Assembly: GCA_951406725.2 (NCBI GenBank)
Contig: OX597835.1
Span: forward strand, 12,524,001-12,588,000
Source of the DNA: Octopus vulgaris
Taxonomy: Eukaryota
Direction of reading: 5' to 3'
DNA length: 64,000 nucleotides
Both the position numbers and the translations under genes were made by a program. Below, piece after piece: positions 1 to 13,562 of this stretch. The notes under the pieces are model-generated. The model did not search any database, was not told where the DNA came from, and was given only the letters and a program-made list of their open reading frames with translations. The first letter of the stretch is position 1, and each line of letters starts with the position of its first letter.

Positions 1-90
1 GAGGGAGAAAGAGGAAGAGAAAGAAGGAAAGAAAGGAAAAGAATGAGAATAAGTGGGCTAATACATAATCAGTCTCAATTCTATACATGC

Positions 91-510
<420 letters not shown>

Positions 511-950
511 TGAGAACGGGAATGCACGAGCGAAGAGCAGATTGTTAATCAGTCTCTATTCTCTTCGCAGGCAAAGTTTTTACCGCCTGCCCTCATTAAG
601 AGATCTCACAGAATCACACATCATTATTTCTTATTATTTATTATCCAACGATGATGTCTTGTACAATCTTTACAGTCAGTTCAGAGAAGTTAGTGACTAT
701 AGAACGGGCGATGAGTATTTATAGTAGCTTTTAAGTGACTCCATTAATTTTATCTGCTCTTCTTTACCGTTAACAGGAAATAGTACATCATAGTTAACAA
801 GTCTATAAGGAACCAAATTGTTTTGCTCTTCCCTCCCGCAGCCTTGTGTCCACGGGTTTGGCATTAAATAAGGAAATTTATCGAAGTACAATTTAATTGC
901 CGTGTGATTTCTTCAAAACACTTTTGTCCCATTTAGAGGTGTTACTCTCT

Positions 951-1354
951 CTCTTTTACTCTTTTACTTGTTTCAGTCATTTGACTGCGGCCATGCTAGA
1001 GCACCGCCTTTAGTCGAGCAAATCGACCCCGGAACTTATTCTTTGTAAGCCCAGTACTTATTCTATCGGTCACTTTTGCCGAACCGCTAAGTGGCGGGGA
1101 CGTAGACACACCAGCATCGGTTGTCAAGCAATGCTAGGGGGACAAATACAGACACACAAACACACACACATATATATATATATATATACATATATACGAC
1201 AGGCTTCTTTCAGTTTCCGTCTACCAAATCCACTCACAAGGCATTGGTCGGCCCGGGGCTATAGCAGAAGACACTTGCCCAAGGTGCCTCGCAGTGGGAC
1301 TGAACCCGCAACCATGTGGTTGGTTAGCAAGCTACTTACCACACAGCCACTCCT
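951..1354 (-). mobile_element. tRNA-derived SINE family A, full length (~400 bp, internal microsatellite)
   Basis: Head GTGGCTGTGTGGT (A box) and GGTTCAGTCCC (B box), then CCTTGGGCAAGTGTCTT, an internal TA/TG tract and tail CATGGCCGCAGTCAAATGACTGAAACAAGTAAAAGAG. About 20 copies or fragments in the window. Confidence 0.9.
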
Positions 1355-1619
1355 GCAGCGAAGAACATAACTTTCTTCTTTTGTATCGTTTCCTTGTATC
1401 AGGCATTAATTAGACTGCGGCCATGCTGGGGCACCGTCTTGATGAATTCTCAGTCGAATGACTCGACCCCGATACTTGCTTTTTTTTAAAGCCTGGTAAG
1501 CATTCTATCGGTCTCTTTTGCCGAACTGCTATTGTTACGGGGACGTAAACACACCAATACTGGTTGTCAAGCGGTGGTCTCACACACATACACACACACA
1601 TTTACACCCACACCCACAC

Positions 1620-1671
<52 letters not shown>

Positions 1672-1891
1672 TTTGTTGTACTTCGGGACGGTCATTTTAA
1701 TTTATTATTTTTTTTTTTTGCCAAATAAACACACGCACTATATATTTTTTCTTCACTTGTTTATTTCTGTTGGTTTGTTATTTTTATTAGTTTGACCACC
1801 ACCACCACCACCACCACCACACCCACCACCACCAGGAACAATAATAATAACAACAACAAGAAAATAATGACACCGTCACTACTAACAAAAG

Positions 1892-2215
1892 AAGGCGCGT
1901 GGCTTAGTGGTTAAGGTAGTCGACTCACGATCGCAAGGTCATGAGTTCAATTCCCGGCGACGCGTTGTGTCCGCGAGCAAGACGTTTTATTTCATGTTGC
2001 TCCAGTCTCTCAGCTGGTAAAAAATGAGTAGTACCTGTAATACAAAGGGGGCCAGCCATGTCATATTCTGTGTCACGCTGAATCTCCCCCGAGAACTACG
2101 TTAAGGGTACACGTGTCTGTGGAGTGCTCAGCCACTTGCACTTTAATTTCACGTGCGGGTTGTTCTGTTGATCGGATCAGCTGGAACACTCATCGTCGTA
2201 ACCGACGGAGTGCCA
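1892..2215 (+). mobile_element. tRNA-derived SINE family B (head type 1 + tail X). Related heads at 22352..22551 (+), 41325..41525 (+) and 47470..47610 (-)
   Basis: GGCGCGTGGCTTAGTGGTTA (A box), GAGTTCAATTCCC (B box), GAGCAAGAC body and tail GAGAACTACGTTAAGGGTACACGTGTCTGTGGAGTGCTCAGCC...CGTAACCGACGGAGTGC. Confidence 0.9.
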
Positions 2216-2354
2216 GTTAGTAACAAAAACAAGCTGACCATCACCACCACCGCAGCCACCACCACCTTCTCCTCCACCACCAACAACAACCATCACCACC
2301 ACCGTAGCCACCACCACCACCACCTCCTCCACCAACAACAACAACCATCACCAC

Positions 2355-2396
<42 letters not shown>

Positions 2397-3548
2397 GAAC
2401 AGCAACAATAACGAGCACAACCATCACCACCAACCGCCACCGCCGCCGCCGCCACTACCACAAATAACTACAGCAGCAAGAATATGGCGAAACGTTTACA
2501 AAATTTTATTAACAAATAATTATTTTCCACAAAAGAAGAACTTAAAAAAAGGAAAAAAACAAAAAAAAAAACAAAAACGAAGAGAAGCAACGGAAAATTA
2601 AACAAGAAAGTTGAAGAAATAAGAAAATGTCGGAGACGTAAATTGAAATAATGCAGAAGCTACGACATTTTTCTTTTGCTAGAGAAAGACTTCCATCTTA
2701 TCTGTGCTAAGAGAAGAGAAGACAAGACAACATCTGGATTAGACAATATATCATAGCAAATTGCTAGACATTTCCTGACAACTTCATTACTTTATTATAT
2801 GAACAGTTTAATATAATCTGCTCTTCATCCGAATATTTCCTCCTCCGCCATCTTGAAATACATCTATCATCTATTATCGTATGATAAGCAGGAAAGGACT
2901 ACAGTGAGTCAAAAAACACACACAGACTAATCTTTTTCACTGTTTACGTAAAACTTTTCAGTGAATGACTAATGATTAATGATTGCCGGTCATCTGGTCT
3001 GGTTTGAATAAAACAATTTTCTCATTAATATTCAGAGTGGATTGACGTGTAAGTCAAGCACCTCAAGCGGTCTCGTTCGTTCGGAAACGTACATGAATGA
3101 TGGCGGTTTTGTTTCTCGACGACATAGTGTATTCTGTGTTTTATGAATGATTAAAAACTTTGAATACAACCCGGAGATATAGAATAATGAATAGAAAGAC
3201 AGAAGAGATCTTTATACACAACATGCGAAACACCGGTCTCAAATACATAAGCATATATATGGACGCATTGTGCGGAGAATGTTATTTACGAACATATTGT
3301 CGACGTAAAAGAGAGAATTGTTCTCTTATGATGTACACGACAGCGACTAACATATTCGGCGTTCAAACCTGTCAAGACGTATTAAGATCGAATATACAAA
3401 TCATCTTTTCAGATCTCGTTGTACACAGAAGAATGAATAGTTTTTTTTATTGGCTGGCAGATATAAACACTGATCAGCAAACAGTTTTGTTCGCTGAAGT
3501 TATAAACAAAGCCAGCGGCTTGTTTAGGCTCAAAAGGTCTGCGGCTGC

Positions 3549-3592
3549 TTATGGGTGACAAGACACAACATGTCGAAACGGGTGTCCCAGAA
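3549..3592 (+). ncRNA. Decayed type I hammerhead motif in the spacer of the long inverted repeat
   Basis: ttatgg-GTGACAA-gaca caaca tgtc-GAAAC-gggt-GTC-ccagaa: perfect 4-bp stem II, two core deviations (positions 3 and 8). Confidence 0.45.
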
Positions 3593-3787
3593 TCCCTGGC
3601 GCTAATGAGCCAAGTCTATTATGAACACACTTATTGTCATAGGAGAACTACTTCTCTTTTACGCCGACAGTGCGTTCCTAAATAACATTCTCCGCACAAT
3701 TCATCCATATATATGCTTATGTATTTGAGACCGGTGTTTCGCATGTTGTGTATAAAGATCTTTTCTGTCTTTCTTTTTATTATTCTA

Positions 3788-4071
3788 CTAGCAGTATCGC
3801 CCGGCGTTGCTCGGGTTTGTAAGGGAAATAACTATAAAGCATTTTTAGAGAGTTATAGCCAAAAAATGCATTAAAAATGGGAAAAATTGATGGTAAATTT
3901 TTTTTTAAATCGTAGACTCATCGTAGACGCACGCTAATACCCAGAAGTGATCGATATGAATCACGACTATAAAATACCCGGTTTTGGTTAAACTGCACCG
4001 CAAAATGTGGGAGTAGTTAGGAATCTAAATCGGAGTAGACAGACACACAACCTTTCTTTTATATATAAAGA
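3788..4071 (-). mobile_element. Non-autonomous Helitron
   Basis: On the minus strand it begins TCTTTATATATAAAAG and ends with hairpin CCCGAGCAACGCCGGG followed by CGATACTGCTAG. Inserted between A and T with no TSD. Confidence 0.9.
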
Positions 4072-4467
4072 TATCTCTGGGTTTTATTCGAAGTTTTTAA
4101 TCATTCATAAAACACAAAATACAATATGTCGTCGAGAAACAAAACCGCCATCATTCATGTACGTTTTCGAACGAACGAGACCGCTTGAGGTGCTTGACTA
4201 ACACGTCAATCCACTCTGAATATTAATGAGAAAATTGTTTTATTTAAACCAGACCAGCTGATCAGCAATCATTAATCATTAGTCATTCATTGAAAAGTTT
4301 TACGTAAACACATTTATTGTAAAGGAGGGAAATTATTCTCCAGTGACATATACAACAGCGACGAGCGTATTTTGCGATCAGACCTGCCGGAACATATTAA
4401 GAATAACTATACTTATCATTTATTATAACTGGGTTTCCAAGAAAAATAGCGTAAAATTTCGAGGTTC

Positions 4468-4869
4468 AGGCGTGGCTGTGTGGTAAGAAGCTTACTTCCC
4501 AACCACATAGTTCTGGGTTCAGTCTCACTGCGAGGCATGTTGGGCAAGTGTCTTCTAATATAGCCACGGGCCGACCAAAGCCTTGTGAGTAGATTTGGTT
4601 AGCCGGAAACTGAAAGAAGCCCGTTGTGTGTGTGTATCTAGATGATGTATATGTGTGTATGTGTCTGTTTGCTCCCACTACCGCTTGACAACCGGTGTTA
4701 ATGTATTTACGTCCCCGTAACCGGAAGGTTCGGCAAAGACATCGATATAATTAATACCAGGCTTAAAAATAGAGTACTGGGGTTGATTCATCCGACTAAA
4801 AAGTTCTTCAAAGCGGTGCCCCAGCGTGGCCGCAGTCTAATGACTGAAACAAATAAAAAACAAAAGAAA
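4468..4869 (+). mobile_element. SINE family A, full length
   Basis: Colinear with the reverse complement of 951..1354. Confidence 0.9.
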
Positions 4870-4871
4870 AT

Positions 4872-5578
4872 AAATTACATTCTACTATCTTTGAAAATTA
4901 TAGGACTCATTCGATAGCGTAGTCTTAGATACACTATGTCTGAAAAAAAAAACGGGTGTGATGGTCACAGCTGGAATGTCCTACATTAATGGCACACGGA
5001 TCTGAGGAATACTCAGACACTTACACATTAATTCAAATTACATTCTACTATCTTTGGAAATTATAGGACTCATTCGATAGCGTAGTCTTAGATACACTAT
5101 GTCTGAAAAAAAAAACGGGTGTGATGGTCACAGCTGGAATGTCCTACATTAATGGCACACGGATCTGAGGAATACTCAGACACTTACACATTAATTCAAA
5201 TTACATTCTACTATCTTTGGAAATTATAGGACTCATTCGATAGCGTAGTCTTAGATACACTATGTCTGAAAAAAAAAAAACGGGTGTGATGGTCACAGCT
5301 GGAATGTCCTACATTAATGGCACACGGATCTGAGGAATACTCAGACACTTACACATTAATTCAAATTACATTCTACTATCTTTGGAAATTATAGGACTCA
5401 TTCGATAGCGTAGTCTTAGATACACTATGTCTGAAAAAAAAAAAAAAACGGGTGTGATGGTCACAGCTGGAATGGCACATTAATGGCACACGGATCTGAG
5501 GAATACTCAGACACTGATGGTCACAGCTGGAATGGCACATGGATCTGAGGAATACTCAGACACTGACACGTTAATTCA
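4872..5578. repeat. Tandem repeat, ~163-bp unit x4 plus a partial duplication
   Basis: Units start at 4872, 5035, 5198 and 5363 and are near identical. Poly-A lengths are 10, 10, 12 and 15. The unit resembles the dispersed repeat tail at 42250..42395 and 46050..46200. Confidence 0.95.
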
Positions 5579-5857
5579 GTGACAGGGAATTTAGTTACCA
5601 AGCAACAAAGTCCGCTTCGTTTAACGACGAAAACCCATCATTTCAGAACCAGATACGGCAACTTATTAAAGTTTCTCTCTTTCACTCATTTAGCAGGTTT
5701 CAATCATTGGATTGCGGCCATTCTGGAGGTAAATGCAGTTATCTATTCTTTTTAGCCCTTTATGTCTCCTCACTAAATTATTTCGAGCTGGACCTCATTA
5801 TAATGCTTTTCGGGTTGTTGAAGCGTTTTTATAGCATAAATAGAAAAACAGATGTGG

Positions 5858-5901
<44 letters not shown>

Positions 5902-5942
5902 ACACACAAATATATGCGTATATATGTATACACTCGTGTGTA

Positions 5943-5984
<42 letters not shown>

Positions 5985-6313
5985 CATACGCACAAGTGTA
6001 TATATATATATATATGTATGTATATAAGAATATATGCATGTATATATATATGTATGTATATAAGAATATAAGGATACAAATCACGTTAATGACTTTTATC
6101 AGGTAGTCAGCATGCTATAAAAATTTATAGGCAATTTATACATTAAATTAATGTTAATGATAACACACATATGTGCATTATTATTAATCATATATATATA
6201 TATATATATATATACTATATATATATATATATATATATACATTCGCACAAGCGTGCATATATATATACGCCCATATACGCACAAGTATACATATACACAT
6301 ATATATACACACA

Positions 6314-6361
<48 letters not shown>

Positions 6362-7910
6362 CGCGGCCAGCTGGCAGAATCGTTGGGGTGCGGGTATTTC
6401 GCCTGCCGTTACGTTTCAAGTTCAGATTCTGCCGAAGTCGACTTTGCCTTTCATCCTTTCGTGGTCGATGTAATCGACTTAATTCCTTTGCCTGTCCTTG
6501 TTTGTCCCCATATATATATATATGTGTGTGTGTGTGTGCGTGTGCGTGTGTGTGCACACGACGGGGTTCTGCAAAGTTTTCGCCTACCAAATCCTGTTCA
6601 CAAGGTATGCGTCAACTGCAAGTTAAGAAAATAAAAGACTTGTCGATGGTGACGCACGAGTGAATTGAACCTGGATCAGCAAGGAGGTTGCAAAAACAAA
6701 ATTTCGAACCACACAGCTGTATTTCCGTCTCTAGAACTATTTCTAGTGAATGCGAAAAAGTAATTGATTATCATACGCAGATTATCCTCAATACATAACT
6801 TTGTGCCGTCCTCGTCCAGTTAATCACGAGAAAAATCAAGTGTGAATGTTTAAACTGACTACAGGAAACTTGGTTTGGTGCATTTTAACAGCCATAACAA
6901 GACAACAGCTGTGCAAAAAGATTTGCTAAAGGCCCATTTCTTATGCATCTTTAGGCCCCCTGCTGTTGCACTTCTTTCTGTCCGGGCAATTTTTGTAACA
7001 CATTTTCTGCAACAAAAAAAGTTATCCAATTAACATCGTAAAATACGAAACTATACAATTTCCAAACGCTGTTATGCAAATTATCTTCAAATTTTGGCTA
7101 CATCAACCCCAGTGCTTAACTGGCACTTATTTTATCGATCCAGAAATGGACGATAAGCAAAATCGACCTCGGCGTAATTTGAACTTATAATATAGAGACG
7201 GACGATAAATATTTTTCCCGGCATGTTAACGGTTCTGCCATTTCGCCGCCTCACACCATTAGGTAAGTTAAGATCTGTTGTATACTATGCTTGAATAATA
7301 GTTCTATTTCAAAAAACACACCAGCCTAACTACTCTTGTATTATTGTACCAGTAAGATCGGAAGAGGTTTGTTTTCTGTTGGAATGATTGAACAATGATA
7401 TATAATCCATTATTGTTGCTATCTCTGATAATATTCCTATGATTTCCAACAGGTATAGGTATAATGTATTAAGCTTAAGCTCAGTTAAAGTTAAATTGTG
7501 AAGAGATATAGCACAAATACTTATAATTAAACCGAAAGAGAAAAAATACGAAGCAAATAAATTATAATGGATGAGAGTTGATAGAATTTGAGAAACGTGT
7601 GTGAGTTAGAATACAAATACGGAAAAGGGAATGAGACAAAACGGTGTGAGAGAATAATGGAATAGGTTTTACAAACTTTATGTTACGGAAATGAAATGAT
7701 AAACGAGAAAAATAGAATTAAGATTAAGACGAATTAATAAAAAATATACATTTGTCGTCAAAAATGGTGTGGTTCACAAGTTCGTTTTGTAACCATGTTA
7801 TTCTGGTTTAAATATCGCAACACCTCAGGCAACTTACCTATCGCCTCGGGTTCACCGAAACTCATCGTGTGCACATATATACATATAAATACACACATAC
7901 ATCGTATATA

Positions 7911-7964
<54 letters not shown>

Positions 7965-8033
7965 ATACGTACGTGCACACACACATATATGTATATATGT
8001 TCGTGTATGTATAGATATGTGTGTGTGTATATA

Positions 8034-8412
8034 CTCTTGTTTCAGTCATTTGACTGTGGCCATGCTGGAGCACCGCCTTTAGTCGAGCAAATCGACCCAG
8101 GACTTATTCTTTGTAAGCCTAGTTCTTATTCTATCGTTCTCTTTTGCCGAACCGCTAAGTTACGGGGACGTAAACACACCAGCATCGGTTGTCAAGCGAT
8201 GTTGGGGGGACAAACACAGACACACAAACATACACACACACATACATACATATATACATATATACGACAGGCTTCTTTCAGTTTCCGTCTACCAAATCCA
8301 CTCACAAGGCTTTGGTCGGCCCGAGGCTATAGTAGAAGACACTTTCCCAAGGTGCCACGCAGTGGGACTGAACCTGGAATCATGTGGTTGATAAGCAACA
8401 CAACCACTCCTA
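8034..8412 (-). mobile_element. SINE family A, near full length
   Basis: High identity to 951..1354. Confidence 0.9.
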
Positions 8413-8431
8413 CACCTAAACATATATACAA

Positions 8432-8864
8432 TGTGTATGTATGTATGTATGTATGTATGTATGTATGTATGTATGTATGTATGTATGTATGTATGTATGT
8501 ATGTATGTATGTATGTATGTATGTATGTATGTATGTATGTATGTATGTATGTATGTATGTATGTATGTATGTGTGTGTATGTATGTATGTATGTATGTAT
8601 GTATGTATGTATGTATGTATGTATGTATGTATGTATGTATGTATGTATGTATGTATGTATGTATTTATGTATGTATGTATGTATGTATGTACGTTAGTAT
8701 GTATGTATGATGTATGTATGCATGTATGTATGCATATATATATAAATGTATGTATGTATGTATGTATGTATGTATGTATGTATGTATGTATGTATGTATG
8801 TATGTATGTATGTATGTATGTATGTATGTATGTATGTATGTATGTATGTATGTATGTATGTATG
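8432..8864. repeat. (TATG)n microsatellite; similar tracts at 25040..25430, 30266..30410 and 57340..57570
   Basis: Direct inspection. Confidence 0.98.
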
Positions 8865-9711
8865 TCAGTCTGTGTCCATACCGGTGTCTGCGTTTATGTT
8901 TACCGGTGTAAAACCGGTGTTGCATAAGGTTGATATTATCAACGAAAGTCTCTCGGTGGCTGTTTCCCGGCATCCCAACTGATAAATAAAACATCAGAAA
9001 GGTTATAACGTCGGGAGTAAAGTTCTCTCCACTTTGTAAAACACAGCAGAAAGCAAAAAAAAAAAAAAAAAAAAAAAACAAAGACAAAACATAACAAAGA
9101 GTGAAACTTAAATAAGAAACTTTATACACAATACTAATTTTCGAGCGTGTTTTAAAATACGAGCGATGATAAAAATAAAAATAAAATACGAAATTAGTGA
9201 AGCGAAACGATATCGCATTGTTACATAAAACATAAAACGGTATGCATAAAAAAAAAAAAAATGTCTCCTCCCGGCGGTGAAAGCCAACTGATATTAAAAA
9301 GAACGCCATTAGGAAATAACTGGAATTAGAGAATAATAATATATAATTTAGTTGATGTCTCGATTCAGTGAGAATGTCATCAATTGTACATAGCAAGCCG
9401 GGCTTTCAAAATTTACGGTCACAATTAACTTATATTATTATCTCTGTGCTGAGTTTTTGAAGTTTAGGAAATAATCACAATAAAACATTTTGGCTTTTAT
9501 ATAATGCTCCGGTGTCGAGTTTATACTCAGAGGCTTTGTACAAATTTTTGTAATTTCTGGTTGCCCAAGCGGCAAATTAGCCAAGTCGTTAGAGCTTTGG
9601 ACAATAATTACTTCGCTGTAGTTGCACTGGAGCTCTACGCTCTGAGTTCAAATTCTACCCAGGTCAACTTGGGTTTTCATTCCTTCGGGTGATCAATATA
9701 AAAATACCTAT

Positions 9712-9945
9712 TTCTATTTCTTTATTGCCCACAAGGGGCTAAACACAGAGAGGATAAACAAGGACAGACAAACGGTTTAAGTCGATTATATCGACCCCAG
9801 TGCGTAAGTGGTACTTTTTAATCGACCCCGAAATGATGAAAGGCAAAGTTGACCTCGGCGGAATTTGAACTTAGAACGTAGCGGCAGACGAAATACTGCT
9901 AAGCATTTCGCCCGGCGTGCTAACGTTTCTGCCAGCTCGCCGCTT
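9712..9945 (-). mobile_element. SINE family C, full length. Other copies: 6362..6510, 7100..7252, 10465..10850, 28410..28610, 48273..48450, 48750..48850, 56600..56740; degenerate copies near 9565, 24057, 47640 and 51440-51870
   Basis: GGCGAGCTGGCAGAA head, AGTTCAAATTCC B-box-like motif, then GAGGTCGACTTTGCCTTTCATC...CTGGGGTCGAT.TAATCGACTTA, recurring through the window. Confidence 0.85.
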
Positions 9946-11195
9946 TCATTATAAACTTTACTACTCTAAGCACAAGGCCCAAAATATTTGGGGAGGGGGC
10001 CACTCGATTACTTGAACCCAGTACGATAGACACACAGACACACACAAACACACACACACACACACACACACACATACGCACACACACGCACACACACACA
10101 CGACGGGCTTCTTTCAGTTTCCGTCTGCCAAATCCACTCACAAGACTTTGGTCGGCCCGAGGCTATGGTAGACGACCCGGAACCATGTGGTCGGGTAGCA
10201 AGCTTCTTACCACAGAGCCACTCCTGCTATTGTTAGCAAAATCTAGATTTAACTTTAGTGAGTAAAGTTCTTAGTCATGATTACAAGATTTAAGTTTAGT
10301 AAGGTACTAATGACAACCAAAAGCTAGATTTAAGTTCGTTGAGTAAAATTACGAGTAACAGAAATGCTATAAATAATATTTTATTTCTAAACTGATTTCA
10401 GAACCAAATATGACGCAACCATTACGATAGCTATTCAGTTATTCATAACAACTAAAGTTAGGACAGCGAGCCGACGGAATCGTTTGCCCGACGGGCGAAA
10501 TGCTTAGCAGTATTTCGTCTGTCTTTATGTTCTGAGTTCAAATTCCGCCGAGGTCGACTTTGCCTTTCATCCTTTAGGGATCGATAAAATAAGTACCAGA
10601 TACGCACTGGTGTCGATATAATCGACTTAATCCGTTTGTCTGTCCTTGTTCGTCCACTTTGTGTTTTGCCCCTTGTGGATAGTAAAGAAATAGGTATTTC
10701 ATCTGCCTTTATGCTCTGAGTTCAAATTCCACCGAGGTCGACTTTGCCTTTCATGGTCGATAAAATAAGTACCAGATGAGTATTGGGGTCGATGTAATCG
10801 ACTTACTACCTCACCCGAAATTGCCTCGTGACAGAATTTGAGACCAGTATCTAATCAATCTAATGTTTTAAAATTATAATCAGATAAACAATTGAAGAAT
10901 GTTAATGAAATTTACTTTCAAAAGTGTCAAAGGGAGAGAACTATTCATATTCAGAGTGGCGGGGGTTGGACGGGGGTGGAAAGAATTCTTTGATCGCTGA
11001 CCGTCTCAAACAATGCTACATATACAATTCCAATCGCACACACATTATTCACACACACTCTTTATTTACATACATACACGCCTTCGTAAAGACAGAGACA
11101 ACACACACAGACATGTATATCTATCAATCAAATTTAGTTATGCACACACATACACACCATACATTTACACACACACACACACACACACTCACACA

Positions 11196-11440
11196 TAGGG
11201 TGGTGCAAAAGTTGGTATACAGTTATAAAAAAGAAAACACGTACAATACTCATTTATTTTCATAAAAAACATTGAAAGTTAAGATAAAAATATTATTATA
11301 GTTATGATAAATGCATGATTATGATTAATGACACTGAAAATATCAAAAATGAGCCTAACTAATTTAATTTGTTAATAATTTTAATGAATTGAGTACTTCA
11401 ACATTGATGTGATACTGTATACCTACTTTTGCACCCAACG
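11196..11440. mobile_element. Tc1/mariner-like MITE, degenerate
   Basis: Inverted termini GGTGCAAAAGTTGGTATACAGT / ACTGTATACCTACTTTTGCACC around an AT-rich interior. Confidence 0.65.
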
Positions 11441-11471
11441 TTTGCATGTTTGTATATATATATATATATAT

Positions 11472-11597
<126 letters not shown>

Positions 11598-11609
11598 GTG
11601 TATAAGCGC

Positions 11610-12016
11610 AGGCGTGGCTGTGTGGTAAGAAGCTTGCTTACCAACCACATGGTTCCGGATTCAGTCCCACTGCGTGGCACCTTGGGCAAGTGTCTTCTAC
11701 TATAGCCTCGGGCCGACCAAAGCCTTGTGAATGGATTTGGAAGACGGAAACTGAAAGAAGCCTGTCGTATATATGTATACACATGGATCTATTTGTGTGT
11801 CTGTCTTTGTCCCCCACTCCTACCATTGCTTCACAACCGATGTTTGTGTGTTTACGTCCCCGTAAGTTAGCGGTTCGACAAAAAGATTTCCGATGGAATA
11901 AGAATTTTAGGCTCAGAATAAGTATTAGGCTTACTAGATGTCGATTTCTTCGACTAAAGGCGGTGCTCCAGCATGGCCGCAGTCAAATGACTGAAACAAG
12001 TAAAAGAATAAAAGAA
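11610..12016 (+). mobile_element. SINE family A, full length
   Basis: Head, body and TAAAAGAA tail all present. Confidence 0.9.
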
Positions 12017-12130
12017 TATATGCACATATATGTATATACACACATATACTTATACACACACATGTAAATGTATGTGTGTACATATATATATATATGTATG
12101 CATGTTTGTATATTTATGTTTATATGTATG

Positions 12131-12181
<51 letters not shown>

Positions 12182-13441
12182 GCATACACACATGTATATA
12201 TATATAAACACATGCACATATGTTTGTATATATACTTTCATTTATATATAATATGCACTTACACATACATACGCACGCGCGCACACATATATATACATAC
12301 ATTCATATATTATATACATACACACATATACACACATATATATATATATGTATGCATGTTTGTATATTTATGTTTATATGTATACATATATATATATATA
12401 CGTATATATATATGTATATATATATATGTATGTATACACACGCATACACACATGTATATATATATATATATATATAAACACATGCACATATGTTTGTATA
12501 TATACTTTCATTCATACATAATATGCACTTACACATACATACGCACGCGCGCACACATACATATACATGCATTCATATATTATATACATACACACATATA
12601 TACACACCTCTACACAATAATTATAGCCACATGCCTAAAGCAAATGAATTGTGTACTATTTCCTATTATTTCCATCTCTAAAACAACACTGTTCTGTAAA
12701 TTCCAGCTGTTCTTCTCGATTCCATATATCTGTCGATGGCAGTTGTTTGTCCGAGCGACAATCAATCGACAAAGATGGAATATTATTAGCCGCAAGTAAC
12801 GAAATAGATTGAATACTACGGTTTGAAAAATAATTAGTCTTGCTCAAAAGTAATGTTCAAACTACGGCCAAAAACCACCCCCGTCACTGTCATCTGCGAT
12901 TCATCACCGAAATTTGCCCAGAAATCTGCAGTTAACCTCTTTCATATAACCCGTTATTTTATTAGCTTTTTCCGGAGTTACATTTCTTCAATTATCGTGA
13001 CATTTACGAGTAAAAAAATTGATAAAGGTCATCAGGCCAAAGCTTAAAACGAATAGTTAAATCAGTGTTTTAACCATGTAATGCAACGAACTTTTAAAAA
13101 TGTCAACCATAGGGGCAGGGGCGGTTGTGTGGTAAAAAAAAAAGCTTGCTTCACAACCACATGTTTCCAGGTTCAGTCCAACTGCGCGAAACCTTGGGCA
13201 AGTGTCCTTCTACAATGGCCTCGAACCGACCAAAGCCTTGTGAGTAGATTCGATAGACGGAAGCTGAAAGAAGTCCGTCATATATATATATATATATATA
13301 TCAGAGCAGATCTCAGAATTAAACAGCCGAAATCTGCGATGAGGGATCAGTTTCTGACTGAAGAATGAAGGCTTTGAATGACCCGTTTGTCTTTTTGTTC
13401 GTCCCTTCGTGTATTTCATGTTATTTATTTATGTAAAGTTT

Positions 13442-13514
<73 letters not shown>

Positions 13515-13562
13515 TGTATATATATATATATATAATTATTTTTGTATTTATTTATATACATA

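Larger units (their letters stand above)
2941..4310. mobile_element. Foldback element: ~390-bp inverted arms (2941..3331 and 3637..4310 excluding the Helitron insert) around a ~305-bp spacer
   Basis: TGTTTACGTAAAACTTTTCA... at 2941 is the reverse complement of ...TGAAAAGTTTTACGTAAACA ending at 4310. The arms align throughout with scattered substitutions. No clear TSD. Confidence 0.9.

Noticed and set aside
3160-3558. 132-aa ORF inside the foldback
   Set aside because: No transposase or other motif recognised; it spans arm and spacer and is probably a chance ORF.
4872-5578. CRISPR-like regular array
   Set aside because: Whole 163-bp units are repeated with no unique spacers, there are no cas genes, and the context is eukaryotic.
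8880-8985. Possible minus-strand exon (VGMPGNSHRETFVDNINLMQHRFYTG)
   Set aside because: An acceptor-like TTTATCAG is present, but the donors are weak and there is no phase or homology support.
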